A stretch of DNA of 64,000 bases from Nitrospirota bacterium (lineage in GTDB: Bacteria; Nitrospirota; Thermodesulfovibrionia; Thermodesulfovibrionales; UBA9159), in contig CAVOUE010000007.1 in assembly GCA_963699545.1 (NCBI GenBank), positions 32,001 to 96,000 on the forward strand, read 5' to 3'. Below, in pieces: positions 1 to 9,986 of the stretch (the stretch's first letter is position 1; each line of letters starts with the position of its first letter). The position numbers and the translations under genes were made by a program. The notes beneath the pieces were generated by a model that saw only the letters and a program-made list of their open reading frames with translations, searched no databases and was not told the origin of the DNA.

Positions 1-172
1 AACTTGCAGGACCGATGCAGACCGCCTCATCGGCAAGCCTCACGTGCATGGAGTCCTTCTCTATGTCGGAATAGACCGCAACCGTCTTTATTCCCAGCTC
101 CCTGCATGCCCTGATGACTCTGACCGCGATCTCACCACGGTTGGCGATGAGTATCTTTTTGAAGAGTTTCAT
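1..172 (-). CDS. accC: Acetyl-CoA carboxylase biotin carboxylase subunit, 5' part (runs off window)
   Basis: Manual translation from ATG at 172: [39 protein letters not shown] overlap with accB stop. Confidence 0.95.
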   Translation of the reverse strand, partial: MKLFKKILIANRGEIAVRVIRACRELGIKTVAVYSDIEKDSMHVRLADEAVCIGPAS

Positions 173-603
173 GAGACCGGCTCAATGATGAAAAGGGGCT
201 CTCCGTACTCCACCGGCTGACCATTTTCGACCAGGGCCCTCACCATAACCCCGTCCACCTCGCTCTCGATCTCGTTCATCAGCTTCATGGCCTCGATAAT
301 ACAGATCACCTGGCCCTTTTTCACCCGTGTCCCGGCATCCGCAAAAGCGGGCGTATCAGGGGACGGCGACCGGTAAAATGTCCCGACAATGGGGGCGGTG
401 ATCGTGACAAGCCTCTGGGTATCTTCTTCCGACTCTGTGGTCTTCTCGATAACGGTATGCGGCTTTTGGTGCATCTCAAGAGACGGCAGCAGCATCTGTC
501 GCCGTATCTTGACCTTTGTTCCGTCCTTCTCCAATTGGATCTCTGTTATGTCCGTGTCCCGAAGAAGGGATATGAGTTCTTTCAGGTCATCAATTTCCAT
601 CAT
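169..603 (-). CDS. accB: Biotin carboxyl carrier protein
   Basis: EAMKLMNEI biotinylation motif; [13 protein letters not shown]; next to accC. Confidence 0.96.
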   Translation of the reverse strand: MMEIDDLKELISLLRDTDITEIQLEKDGTKVKIRRQMLLPSLEMHQKPHTVIEKTTESEEDTQRLVTITAPIVGTFYRSPSPDTPAFADAGTRVKKGQVICIIEAMKLMNEIESEVDGVMVRALVENGQPVEYGEPLFIIEPVS

Positions 604-1160
604 TTAACCCTTTCGATGTATTCTGACGTCCTTGTATCGATCCTGATCACATCGCCTTCATTGATATGAAAAGGAACTTTCACCACGGCACCGGTTTCCA
701 TAGTTGCAGGCTTGGAACCCCCTGACGCCGTATCGCCCTTGAACCCCGGATCCGTCTGGGCCACCACAAGCTCCACAAAGGTCGGCAGATCCACCGTAAG
801 GGGTTCATCCCGGTAATTCAGTATCTTCACCTTCATATTTTCCTTTAAGAATTTTCTGGCATCCCCAAGCTTAGACTCGGTAAGCGGGATCTGTTCGAAA
901 GTCTCGGTGTCCATAAAATAATGGAAATCCCCGTCCGCATAGAGGTACTGCATCTCCTTTTCCTCGAGGTGGGGAGTCTCGAATTTCTCTCCCGACCGGA
1001 AGGTATCCTCCAGAACATTGCCTGTTCTCAGGCTTTTCATCTTTGTCCTGATAATGGCCCCTCCCCTCCCCATTTTTACATGCTGAAAATCGATGATCTC
1101 ACAGGGCTCCCCCTTGTACTCAATCTTTGCGCCTTTCCTGAACTCATTCGTCGAAATCAA
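600..1160 (-). CDS. efp: Elongation factor P (Arg32 type)
   Basis: 186 aa; [10 protein letters not shown] loop; [27 protein letters not shown]. Confidence 0.96.
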   Translation of the reverse strand: MISTNEFRKGAKIEYKGEPCEIIDFQHVKMGRGGAIIRTKMKSLRTGNVLEDTFRSGEKFETPHLEEKEMQYLYADGDFHYFMDTETFEQIPLTESKLGDARKFLKENMKVKILNYRDEPLTVDLPTFVELVVAQTDPGFKGDTASGGSKPATMETGAVVKVPFHINEGDVIRIDTRTSEYIERVK

Positions 1161-1224
1161 TGCAGCCCTCCTTGTTCACTCGTTGTCGTGCCCTAGCACC
1201 ATCTCACTGGAGATACCCTATGCA

Positions 1225-2436
1225 TTAAACGATCTCTAACCCTCTCGGCAAGCGTGTAAGCACCTCAGGTCCTCCCGGCTTCACCAGGACCATGTCCTCT
1301 ATCCGGACCCCGCCCACTCCCGGGACATAGATCCCCGGCTCAACCGTAAATATCATATTTTCCCTCAAGACTTCGCTCTTCGACCAGGTTACCCGGGGGA
1401 GTTCATGGACCTCCAGACCCACGCCGTGGCCAGTCCCGTGACCGAAGAATTTTCCATACCCTGCATTTCTTATGAGATCCCTTGCAGCGCTGTCGACCGT
1501 CCTGCTCTCGACCCCTGGTCTCACCGCGAGGACCGCCTGCCTGTTCGCATTCAGCACGTTCCGGTATAGCTCCCTTTTCCTGGCCAGGTCCCTTCCGCGG
1601 GCACGCGATGATCCGGCGCCCTTTAGCAGAAAAGTCCTCGTCATATCAGAATAATACCCTCCGGCCTCTCCCCCCCAGTCCACAACAACAAGGTCTCCGG
1701 CGGAAAGCTTCCTGGAGGTTGCCCTGGCGTGGGGCATGGCCGAGTTGTCACCGGATGCCACTATTATATCAAATGGGATTCGATTACACCCTCTTTTTTT
1801 CAGCCTTTCCTCCAGCATGAGGGCTATCTCCCCCTCCTTCCTGCCCTGCCGTATGTGCGGCCTGACATCGCGGAAAGCGTCCTCTGCACGCCTCACCGCC
1901 TCCCGTATGGAGCGTATTTCCTCACGGTCTTTCACTTCCCTCAATGCCTCAACGGCATCCCGGAAGGGCTTAAGGCCCGCACCGCATTGTGAGAGCCCTT
2001 TAAAGAATTCGTACGAAACAGCGGACTCACAGCCGAGGGACCGTATTCCAAGCTTTCCGATGAGGTCTTTTATGATCTTGAGCCTGTTCCCTTTTTCGAT
2101 GATAATGTCCCAACCGATCCCTCCCCCCGGCGGAGGAAACTTCGTTCTCTTCTCGATCCCTCCAACGGAAAGCTCTCTCTCTGCCTGTTCCTTATATCTG
2201 AAATCGGTAACAAATATATTCTTGTTCTTCGTGATCAGGATGAAGCCTGAGGAACCCGTGAACCCGGAAAGGTACCTGACATTAACAACGGTGGTGACGA
2301 GAAATCCCTGCGTTCTCCTCTTCCCGAAGGATTCCCGTAACCCGGCAAGACGCAATGGGAGATGGCCGAAAATGGTCCTACTCCCTCGAGAGAATATTCT
2401 TTGCAGCGATAAGGGCGAGCAGGTAACTGTCCGCAC
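1225..2436 (-). CDS. Xaa-Pro aminopeptidase (M24B); true start probably ~50-100 nt downstream of ORF start
   Basis: [46 protein letters not shown] metal-site motifs. Confidence 0.92.
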   Translation of the reverse strand: MRTVTCSPLSLQRIFSRGSRTIFGHLPLRLAGLRESFGKRRTQGFLVTTVVNVRYLSGFTGSSGFILITKNKNIFVTDFRYKEQAERELSVGGIEKRTKFPPPGGGIGWDIIIEKGNRLKIIKDLIGKLGIRSLGCESAVSYEFFKGLSQCGAGLKPFRDAVEALREVKDREEIRSIREAVRRAEDAFRDVRPHIRQGRKEGEIALMLEERLKKRGCNRIPFDIIVASGDNSAMPHARATSRKLSAGDLVVVDWGGEAGGYYSDMTRTFLLKGAGSSRARGRDLARKRELYRNVLNANRQAVLAVRPGVESRTVDSAARDLIRNAGYGKFFGHGTGHGVGLEVHELPRVTWSKSEVLRENMIFTVEPGIYVPGVGGVRIEDMVLVKPGGPEVLTRLPRGLEIV

Positions 2437-2809
2437 CGAAGCCGGTTATCTGACCGTGCGCAACCTCTGCTATATACGACCTTTTCCTGAACTCTTCCCT
2501 TTTGTGGATATTCGAGATATGGACCTCAATGGTAGGCCTGGCGGCAGCGGAAATGGCATCACGGATGGCTATGCTTGTATGCGTGTACGCTCCTGGATTT
2601 ATGATCAGGCAGTCATAGTCACCTTTTTGTATGGCATCGATGATCTCTCCCTCGCTGTTCGACTGTTTGACAGAAACATGCATGCCCATGCCCGATGCCT
2701 CTGAACGTATTCTCCGGTTGATGTCCCTGAGGCTGAGAGCTCCATATACCCCGGGCTCCCTCTTGCCGAGGAGGTTCAGGTTGGGACCATGTATGACCAG
2801 GATCTTCAT
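2378..2809 (-). CDS. aroQ: Type II 3-dehydroquinate dehydratase
   Basis: [47 protein letters not shown]. Confidence 0.96.
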   Translation of the reverse strand: MKILVIHGPNLNLLGKREPGVYGALSLRDINRRIRSEASGMGMHVSVKQSNSEGEIIDAIQKGDYDCLIINPGAYTHTSIAIRDAISAAARPTIEVHISNIHKREEFRKRSYIAEVAHGQITGFGADSYLLALIAAKNILSRE

Positions 2810-2899
2810 GTGCCGAGCAACGAGCGACGAGTAACAAGTGACGGAAAACTGAGAAGATAGTACATCAGCGTTCGACTCGCCACTCACTCCTTGCCGTTC
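2810..2899 (-). repeat. Intergenic heptamer array forming an imperfect inverted repeat
   Basis: CGAGCAA CGAGCGA CGAGTAA CAAGTGA at 2814-2841 and inverse units at ~2874-2894. Confidence 0.6.
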
Positions 2900-3256
2900 T
2901 TAAAATTCCCCTTCTATCTTCGGAACTGTGGTCTTCAGGACAAACCTGCCCTTGCCGTAATTGCCCTCCGGCCTGATCACAAGGGCAAAATAATAAGCAG
3001 TATTGATCTGCCGCAGGATAATTCCGCACTTGTCCGATATGATCGAAAATTCCCGCGCGGCCCCGAGTCCGAGGTCTCTTGCAGCGGAGTTTATGTCCCT
3101 TATCATTGTGGACGCCTCGGCTCCCAGGTCTTCGAGGCTGAGCAGTTTCTCAGTGGCATACTCCTCGACGGGAATACCGTCAGAGCCAAGTATCATGGCA
3201 GCCACCGCACCGTCAACCTTTTCAACAGCCTCTTTCAGGATATCGGAAAAGCTCAC
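2900..3256 (-). CDS. Roadblock/LC7 domain protein (MglB/MglC-like)
   Basis: 118 aa; VDGAVAAMILGSDGIPV N-terminal motif; GNYGKGRFVL C-terminal motif. Confidence 0.8.
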   Translation of the reverse strand: MSFSDILKEAVEKVDGAVAAMILGSDGIPVEEYATEKLLSLEDLGAEASTMIRDINSAARDLGLGAAREFSIISDKCGIILRQINTAYYFALVIRPEGNYGKGRFVLKTTVPKIEGEF

Positions 3257-4245
3257 GGCCTTTTGGGGAACCCCCTGTTCATCGCACTCAGAAATGATTC
3301 CAGTCTCGCGATCAGGACATCATTCCCTTTCCCCATCATCGTCATCAGGGCCTTCAGCTCTGCCACTCTCTGAAGAATCTGCTTATTTCCAGGATCACCG
3401 GTCAGGATCTGCCTGTAGATTTCCAGGGCCTTGTAAAAATTTCCACAGGCGATGAACGCGTCAGCGGCTGACGCATCTGCCGTTTCCCCAGCGGGTCCGG
3501 CCTCCTCCTCGGGGGCAGCAGTTTCCGTAGGACCGGAAACCTCTTCCGTCACCCCGCCTGCTTCGGTCAAGATATCCCCGAAAGATGATTCATCCGGTAT
3601 CTCAAATGACTGATCATCGGGAATCTCGACCACTTCCCCTGCGTTTCCCGAATCTTCTTCCCCCACGCCGCGGAAAGAATTGCTGAACTGCTCAAAGTCC
3701 CTGCCGACCGTTCCCCCCGGTTCCGCTTCTCCTGCAGTGTGCTCCTCAGTTCCCGGTTCCTCGCCGTAAGAGGCCTTGGCCAGCCCGGTCTCAGGGGCAA
3801 AAGGCACCTCCGCCTCTGCAGAGACCGCACGCTCCTCTCCTAAGGCGTCTTCCCCAATCTCTGTCAGGCACATCCTCGCATCTTCATCCAGGGGATTGAG
3901 CTGCAGCACGGTTTTATATTCAGCGACGGCCTTGTCGGTCTCACCGCGCTCCTTATAGATATCGGCAAGCTTTCTGTGGGCAAAGAGGTTGTCGGGTATG
4001 GTGCTCACCACTGCCTCAAACTCGTTCTTTGCCTCGTCCAGCATATTTTTTTCAAGGTATATCCTGCCCAGCGCCACGCGCGCACTGGTATATCCCGGCT
4101 GGTGTTCCAGTCCCCTCAAGAGAACAGTGATGGCTTCATCGGGCATCCCTGATTTTCTGTATTCTTCCGCGAGGGGAAGGAAGAGTCGCGAATTCGGATC
4201 CTTTTCAACCCTGATGCGCAGTTTCTCGATATCTTCCATCGACAT
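3253..4245 (-). CDS. Tetratricopeptide repeat protein with acidic linker
   Basis: DPNSRLFLPLAEEYRK plus TPR-like helices; Glu-rich middle; one further C-terminal TPR-like unit. Confidence 0.85.
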   Translation of the reverse strand: MSMEDIEKLRIRVEKDPNSRLFLPLAEEYRKSGMPDEAITVLLRGLEHQPGYTSARVALGRIYLEKNMLDEAKNEFEAVVSTIPDNLFAHRKLADIYKERGETDKAVAEYKTVLQLNPLDEDARMCLTEIGEDALGEERAVSAEAEVPFAPETGLAKASYGEEPGTEEHTAGEAEPGGTVGRDFEQFSNSFRGVGEEDSGNAGEVVEIPDDQSFEIPDESSFGDILTEAGGVTEEVSGPTETAAPEEEAGPAGETADASAADAFIACGNFYKALEIYRQILTGDPGNKQILQRVAELKALMTMMGKGNDVLIARLESFLSAMNRGFPKRP

Positions 4246-4278
4246 TGTTATTGACTTTAATCAAAAAAAGGCTAAATG

Positions 4279-5455
4279 TCAAGGGATAAAATGTGCAATC
4301 CTGTCAAGAATAATATCGGCAACTTCATCTTTCGACATGAGGGGAAATGACGATTCTTCCTCCTTCAGAATGAGAGTGATTTGATTCGTATCGACGTCAA
4401 ATCCTGAACCGGGACAGAGCACATCGTTAAAAACCACCACGTCCGCGCCCTTGTCAAGGAGTTTTTTCCTTGCGCGGCCGATATCGGCTCCTGTCTCTGC
4501 GGCAAACCCCACCAGGAACGGCCTCCTCTTCATGGAACCTATTTCAGAAAGGATGTCAGGTGTCTTCTTAAGTTTCAGGACAAGGCCCCCGGATTTGTCG
4601 ATCTTCTTGTCGCTTCTGTCCACCGGAGAAAAGTCGGACACCGCTGCAGCCATGATCACGGCATTTGAGCCTTGAGAGCTCTTCATGACCGCATTCCCTC
4701 ATTTCGCTCGGACGGTCTCCACAGCCACAAAAACGGCGCCGGACGGAGGCTTCAACTGAGGAGGGGCCGCTGATAAGGATCACCTCAGCTCCCCTTCTCA
4801 GTGCAGCCCTTGCTATGGCATAGCCCATCTTCCCCGATGACCTGTTGGACATGAACCTCACCGGATCCATGTATTCCCTTGTCGGTCCGGCAGTGACCAT
4901 GATCCTCTTTCCCGATAGGTCCTTTCTCGTGAGGGCAGAACGTACCCCTTCCAGGATATCGGATACATCGGACATCCTGCCCACGGCATCATCACCGCAT
5001 GCAAGACTCCCCTTCTCAGGACCGACCTGGATCACTCCAAGGGAAGCAAGGTAGCGGAGGTTCTTCTGGAAAACGGGGTTCTCGTACATTCTCCAGTTCA
5101 TGGCAGGGGCAATGATCGTCTTGCCCTTGAAGGAAAGAAAGCATGTACTGAGCATGTCATCGGCGATCCCGCCGGCAAATTTCCCGAGACTATTGGCGGT
5201 GGCAGGGGCAACGACCATGAGATCAGCGTCCGAAGTGAGGCTGATATGGGAGAGGGGATCCTGAAACGTATCGGTGAACACCCTGTTCCGGGAGACGATT
5301 TCAAAGGAAAGGGGCGTGATGAATCTCCGGGAGGCGTCGGTCATGATCACCTGTACGGATGCCCCTTCCTCGGTCAGCCTCCGCACAAGATCTACGGACT
5401 TGTAAACCGCAATGCTTCCTGTTACCCCTAACAGGATATTCTTATTCTTCAGCAC
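4279..5455 (-). CDS. coaBC: Bifunctional phosphopantothenoylcysteine decarboxylase/ligase (frameshifted near 4690-4760)
   Basis: [62 protein letters not shown], across two ORFs. Confidence 0.93.
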
Positions 5456-5850
5456 CTTCCTCTGGGTCCTCTTTTTCAGCGAAGAGCTCCTCTAATGCCT
5501 TCTTGTCCTCGCCCGACTCCTTCTCGTGGAGGTAGATCTTCAGATCCCTTTCCAGTTCGGAAAGGTCCTCCGGTGCACCCTCCCTTCTCTTTTCCTCAAG
5601 GAGTTTCCTGTAGTCGAACTTCTTTGGCCTCTTCCCTTGCCTTTCTCGCTTCCTCTCCCGTGAGGAACTCCAGGGTGCCGTTGATCGCCTCTTCAATAGC
5701 GATGGTGGTTACCTTCTTCGCCTTTGTCGGAATCTTCGCCTTTGCTCCCAGGGAGAGCTCCCTTGCCCTCTGGGCAGCGATGGTGGCAAGCCTGTATTTC
5801 CCGTCAATCTTCTTTTTGTCCAGTTCCGCAGGTAATGAAATAAGGTCCAT
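5442..5850 (-). CDS. rpoZ: RNA polymerase omega subunit with long C-terminal extension (frameshift near 5620)
   Basis: [15 protein letters not shown]...TTIAIEE omega core; position between gmk and coaBC. Confidence 0.85.
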
Positions 5851-5859
5851 CTCTTCCTC

Positions 5860-6488
5860 CTAAATCTCGAAAATTTTCCTTCACCCATTTCGGGTCTGTC
5901 TTATCCGTTTTCTCGTCCTCTGCAAGGACAATGGCCTTAAGCTCCGTCAGCGCCTCACTGAAGTCATTGTTTACTATAACATAATCGTACGCATTTATAG
6001 TCCTTTATTTCTTCAGTAGCCTTCTTCAGCCGCAGGTCGATCTCCTCGGCTGAATTGGACATCCGTCTTTTCCAGTCTCTCCTTCAGGGCATCCAAGGAG
6101 GGCGGCAGGATAAAAATGTATACGCCGTCATCGTAGCTGCTCCCGTATCTCTTTGGCTCCCTGAGTATCAATGTCAAGGATAACATCTATGCCTTCGTTT
6201 CCCTCAGCTCTTCCAGCCTCGTTTTTTGGATGTGCCGTAAAGATGGCCGTGGACCTTTGCCCATTCCGCAAATTCGTTCCTCTTCGCCATCTTCCGGAAC
6301 TCATCCTCACTCACAAAAGTGTAGTCCCTGTCATTCACTTCACCTTTGCGGGGCGGCCTCGTGGTATAGGAGACGGAGTGACGGATATTCGGGACAACAG
6401 CGGTCAGCTTCTGGCAAAGGGAGGTCTTTCCGGCACCCGAAGGCGCAGAGACTATAAAGAGGTTCCCCCTACGCTTCCTCACCGTCAT
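5860..6488 (-). CDS. gmk: Guanylate kinase (several frameshifts)
   Basis: [10 protein letters not shown]-loop; [30 protein letters not shown] and YDYVIVN in other frames. Confidence 0.92.
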
Positions 6489-6784
6489 CTGCCGGGCTCT
6501 TCTGGTTTCTTTGGGTTCCCTCTTCTTTCCCTTCGACGAACCTCTGGGTTATGGTCTCGGCCTGGAGGGCACTCAGTATTATATGGTCGCTGTCCGTTAT
6601 GATAATGGAGCGTGTTCGCCTTCCCTCGGTGGCGTCCACGAGCTTGCCCCTCTTCTTGGCCTCCTCCCTCAGCCGTTTCATGGGAGAAGAGCCCGGGGGT
6701 CACGATGGCAATAACCCTTGCAGCAGAAACCACATTGCCAAAACCTATGTTCACCAGTACCGGACTGATATCCCCTCTCTTCAT
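6469..6784 (-). CDS. remA: DUF370 / RemA-family regulator (frameshifted near 6685)
   Basis: [19 protein letters not shown] + [31 protein letters not shown]; yicC-remA-gmk synteny. Confidence 0.88.
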
Positions 6785-6821
6785 CGTCTTCCCTCGGTAT
6801 TCAGTATAAAAGGTAAGTACC

Positions 6822-7676
6822 TTACTGTACATTCTGTGCCTGTTCTCTCATCTTTTCAAGCTCGGATTTCATTTCAACGGTGATACTTGAGATCCTGTAG
6901 TCGTCCGCCTTGGAAGCTATCGTGTTCACTTCCCTGTTCAGTTCCTGGAGGAGAAATTCCACCTTTCTTCCTATTGTATCACCATCAGAAAGAATTTTCC
7001 TCATCTGCGAACAATGGGAGGCAACCCGCGACATCTCTTCGCTGATGTCAGCTTTTTCCGCCATGATCGCGGCCTCCTGAAGCACTCTGTTTTCGTCAAA
7101 CTTCAGATCACCGAAAAGAGCAGCAAGCCTTTCCCTGAACCTCTTCCCGCACTCATTCACCACAGCAGGGCAGAGCAGTGCAACCTCCCCGTTCAACCGC
7201 TCCAGCCGGTCCAGTCTCGAAAGCATGTCCTTTGAGATGCTCTCCCCTTCCCCGTATCTCATGGCCCTGAGCTTTTCCATGGCTTCACGGAAGGCTGCAT
7301 ACAGGGGTTCCGGATCGTATTCCACTTCTTCCGAAAGGATGAGCTCTCTGAACCCTGCGATGGTCTCCATTCCTATGGAACCCTCAAGTGAGAGATCATC
7401 TTTGAGAGAACGCAGGGCGTTGTAAATCTCCCTCGCCAACCCCGTATCAATCCTGACCTTCGTGTTACCCTCATGGATGATGGACACCAGGATATCGAAT
7501 CTCCCCCTCGAAAAGTTCTCCCTCACCATGTTCCTGAGGGGCATCTCATACTGGTTCAGATTCTGGGGCAGCTTGATGGATATGTCCAGAAACCTGTGGT
7601 TCACCGAGCGCATCTCCACCTTAAAGGCGCCCTTCTCTGCGGACCCGAAACCCGTCATGCTCTGCATCATGGACAT
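6822..7676 (-). CDS. yicC: YicC/YloC family endoribonuclease
   Basis: SMTGFG; SVNHRFLD; GRKVEFLLQELNREVNTIASK; REQAQNVQ. Confidence 0.93.
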   Translation of the reverse strand: MSMMQSMTGFGSAEKGAFKVEMRSVNHRFLDISIKLPQNLNQYEMPLRNMVRENFSRGRFDILVSIIHEGNTKVRIDTGLAREIYNALRSLKDDLSLEGSIGMETIAGFRELILSEEVEYDPEPLYAAFREAMEKLRAMRYGEGESISKDMLSRLDRLERLNGEVALLCPAVVNECGKRFRERLAALFGDLKFDENRVLQEAAIMAEKADISEEMSRVASHCSQMRKILSDGDTIGRKVEFLLQELNREVNTIASKADDYRISSITVEMKSELEKMREQAQNVQ

Positions 7677-7699
7677 TAACTATAGAACAGCCCGCATAT

Positions 7700-9082
7700 T
7701 TAGTCAAACCGCCGCGGCGACCCCGCGCCGAACGTGGAGAACAAGCAGAAAAAGAATGGCACTACGCCGTGAAGAATCTTCGGGCTCTTTATTCCCGCCG
7801 TGGCATTCCTTGTGTCGACAACAAGCCTGCTGTGTCTCACTATGGACTCGTAATCATAGGAGGAATGATCGGTGGAGATCACCACGCAATCGTACTTTTT
7901 GAGATTCCGCGGGGTAAGGGGGACCGAGCTCATCTTGAAATCATACCTTCGCATCCTGTGGGTTCTCGGCACATGGGGGTCATTGTAGTCCACCGCAGCC
8001 CCCTTTTCCGTCAGGAGCTCTATCAGCTTAAGGGAAGGCGATTCCCTCACATCGTCCACATCCTTCTTGTAGGCAAGGCCTACGATCAATATCCTTGCCC
8101 CCTTCATCCCCTTTCCCCCGGCATTCAGGGCATCAACGATCCTGCCTACCACATAGTAGGGCATAAAGGTATTGATCTCCCCTGCAAGCTCTATGAACCG
8201 TGTATTGAAGTCATACTTGCGCGCCTTCCATGTGAGATAAAAGGGGTCGATAGGAATGCAGTGTCCCCCGAGCCCCGGACCGGGATAGAATGGCATGAAC
8301 CCGAAAGGCTTGGTGGAAGCGGTCCGGATGACCTCCCACACATCGATCCCCATCCTGTCGAAGAGCATTTTAAGCTCGTTCACAAGGGCAATGTTCACCG
8401 AACGGAAGATATTCTCAAAGAGCTTTGCAGCCTCGGCAACCCTGGTGGACCCAACAGGGACGGTGGTCACGACCGTGTCATAGAGCGCCTTTGCAACCTT
8501 CAGACAGTTCGCGGTATACCCCCCCACCACTTTCGGTATCCTGGCGGTGGAAAAGTCCTGATTGCCGGGATCTTCCCTTTCAGGGGAGTAGGCGAGGGAA
8601 AAATCCCTGCCTGCCTTGAGCCCTGATTCCTCCAGTATCTGTCTCATATCATCGTCCGTCGTGCCGGGGTACGTGGTGGATTCGAGGACTATGAGCTGGT
8701 CTCTACGGAGATATTTCGTGATCGTCCTGGTGGTTTCGAACACGTAGCTGAGATCCGGTTCTCTGTATTGATCCAGCGGTGTGGGCACACAGATGAGGAT
8801 GCATTCCATATTCCTTAGCCTGGCAAAATCATTTGTAGGCGCAAACCTCTTCGACCTGTTCATTTCTGCTATCGTCTCTGCACTGATATGCTTGATATAG
8901 GTCTTGCTTTTGCTCAGGAGCTTCACCTTCTGCGGGTCGACATCAAAACCGGTTACGCAAAATCCTGCCCTTACAAACTCCCTCACGAGAGGAAGTCCCA
9001 CATACCCCAGGCCGATGATGCCGACCCTCGCGGTCCTTTTCGTGATCTTTTCAAGAGTTTTCACCGTGTTATTGTAACCCAA
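7700..9082 (-). CDS. UDP-N-acetylhexosamine 6-dehydrogenase (WbpA/TviB-like); true stop probably near 7762 after a 1-nt indel
   Basis: GLGYVG; ICVPTP; LESTTYPGTT; GPGLGGHCIPIDP; AYKKDVDDVRESP. Confidence 0.9.
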   Translation of the reverse strand: MGYNNTVKTLEKITKRTARVGIIGLGYVGLPLVREFVRAGFCVTGFDVDPQKVKLLSKSKTYIKHISAETIAEMNRSKRFAPTNDFARLRNMECILICVPTPLDQYREPDLSYVFETTRTITKYLRRDQLIVLESTTYPGTTDDDMRQILEESGLKAGRDFSLAYSPEREDPGNQDFSTARIPKVVGGYTANCLKVAKALYDTVVTTVPVGSTRVAEAAKLFENIFRSVNIALVNELKMLFDRMGIDVWEVIRTASTKPFGFMPFYPGPGLGGHCIPIDPFYLTWKARKYDFNTRFIELAGEINTFMPYYVVGRIVDALNAGGKGMKGARILIVGLAYKKDVDDVRESPSLKLIELLTEKGAAVDYNDPHVPRTHRMRRYDFKMSSVPLTPRNLKKYDCVVISTDHSSYDYESIVRHSRLVVDTRNATAGIKSPKILHGVVPFFFCLFSTFGAGSPRRFD

Positions 9083-9213
9083 AACAGCCTCAGAATTGTA
9101 TATGCCCCGTTTCCCGGCAAACTATGCTCGGGTCAATGACAACGAAAGCGTCAGGGTCGTTGACTTTTTGGGCATGGATAGTGTTTAATATTTATCTCGG
9201 AGGTGACAGTGGT

Positions 9214-9531
9214 ATGTACGCGATCATAGAGACGGGCGGAAAACAGTATAAGGTTTCATCGGGAAACACGGTAAAGGTCGACCTCATTTCGTCCGAGCCA
9301 GGGGCGATTCTGGATATAGAGAAAGTTCTCGCCATCGTGGACGGTTCCAAGACGGTCGTCGGGACGCCCTATGTAAAAGGGGCTGAGGTGAAGGCTGAAG
9401 TGCTCGGCGCAGGAAAAGCCAGAAAGGTGCTTGTCTACAGGAAGAGAGCCCGGAGGGTGTACGAGAAACTGAACGGCCACCGGCAGTCTTTCACCACGCT
9501 GAAGATCAAAGAAGTAACGTTTGGAGGATAG
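9214..9531 (+). CDS. rplU: 50S ribosomal protein L21
   Basis: [30 protein letters not shown] upstream. Confidence 0.96.
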   Translation: MYAIIETGGKQYKVSSGNTVKVDLISSEPGAILDIEKVLAIVDGSKTVVGTPYVKGAEVKAEVLGAGKARKVLVYRKRARRVYEKLNGHRQSFTTLKIKEVTFGG

Positions 9532-9533
9532 AC

Positions 9534-9809
9534 ATGGCACATAAGAAAGGTGTTGGAAGTTCGAGAAACGGCCGTGACAGCCAGTCACAGCGCCTCGGAG
9601 TAAAGAGGTTCGGCGGGCAGTTCGTGAAGGCCGGGAATATTCTCGTGAGGCAGAGGGGTACCCAGTTCCATCCGGGAAATAATGTGGCAAAAGGGAGAGA
9701 CGACACCCTTTTTGCCCTGGTCGACGGAATTGTGACCTTTGAGCGGAAGGACAGGGATCGTCTGAAGATAAGCGTGTATCCTGCTGCGGCGCAACCGGTC
9801 GCGAGCTAG
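9534..9809 (+). CDS. rpmA: 50S ribosomal protein L27
   Basis: [33 protein letters not shown]. Confidence 0.97.
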   Translation: MAHKKGVGSSRNGRDSQSQRLGVKRFGGQFVKAGNILVRQRGTQFHPGNNVAKGRDDTLFALVDGIVTFERKDRDRLKISVYPAAAQPVAS

Positions 9810-9833
9810 CGTTCCTCCCACATCTCACAACGT

Positions 9834-9860
9834 AAAGGCGGTGGAAAACCGCCTTTTTTT
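9834..9860 (+). terminator. Rho-independent terminator after rpmA
   Basis: AAAGGCGGT-loop-ACCGCCTTT hairpin running into a 7-T tract. Confidence 0.8.
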
Positions 9861-9986
9861 GTTACAGATTTCTTACCCGCCCGTTCCCCCCACATAGGTC
9901 GGCTTCCCCTCGATACGATGGAATGGTTATTTTCCTGTCAATGCCGCAAAGAGTATAATGAAGACACGGGAAAGGCAGGTGCGCTC

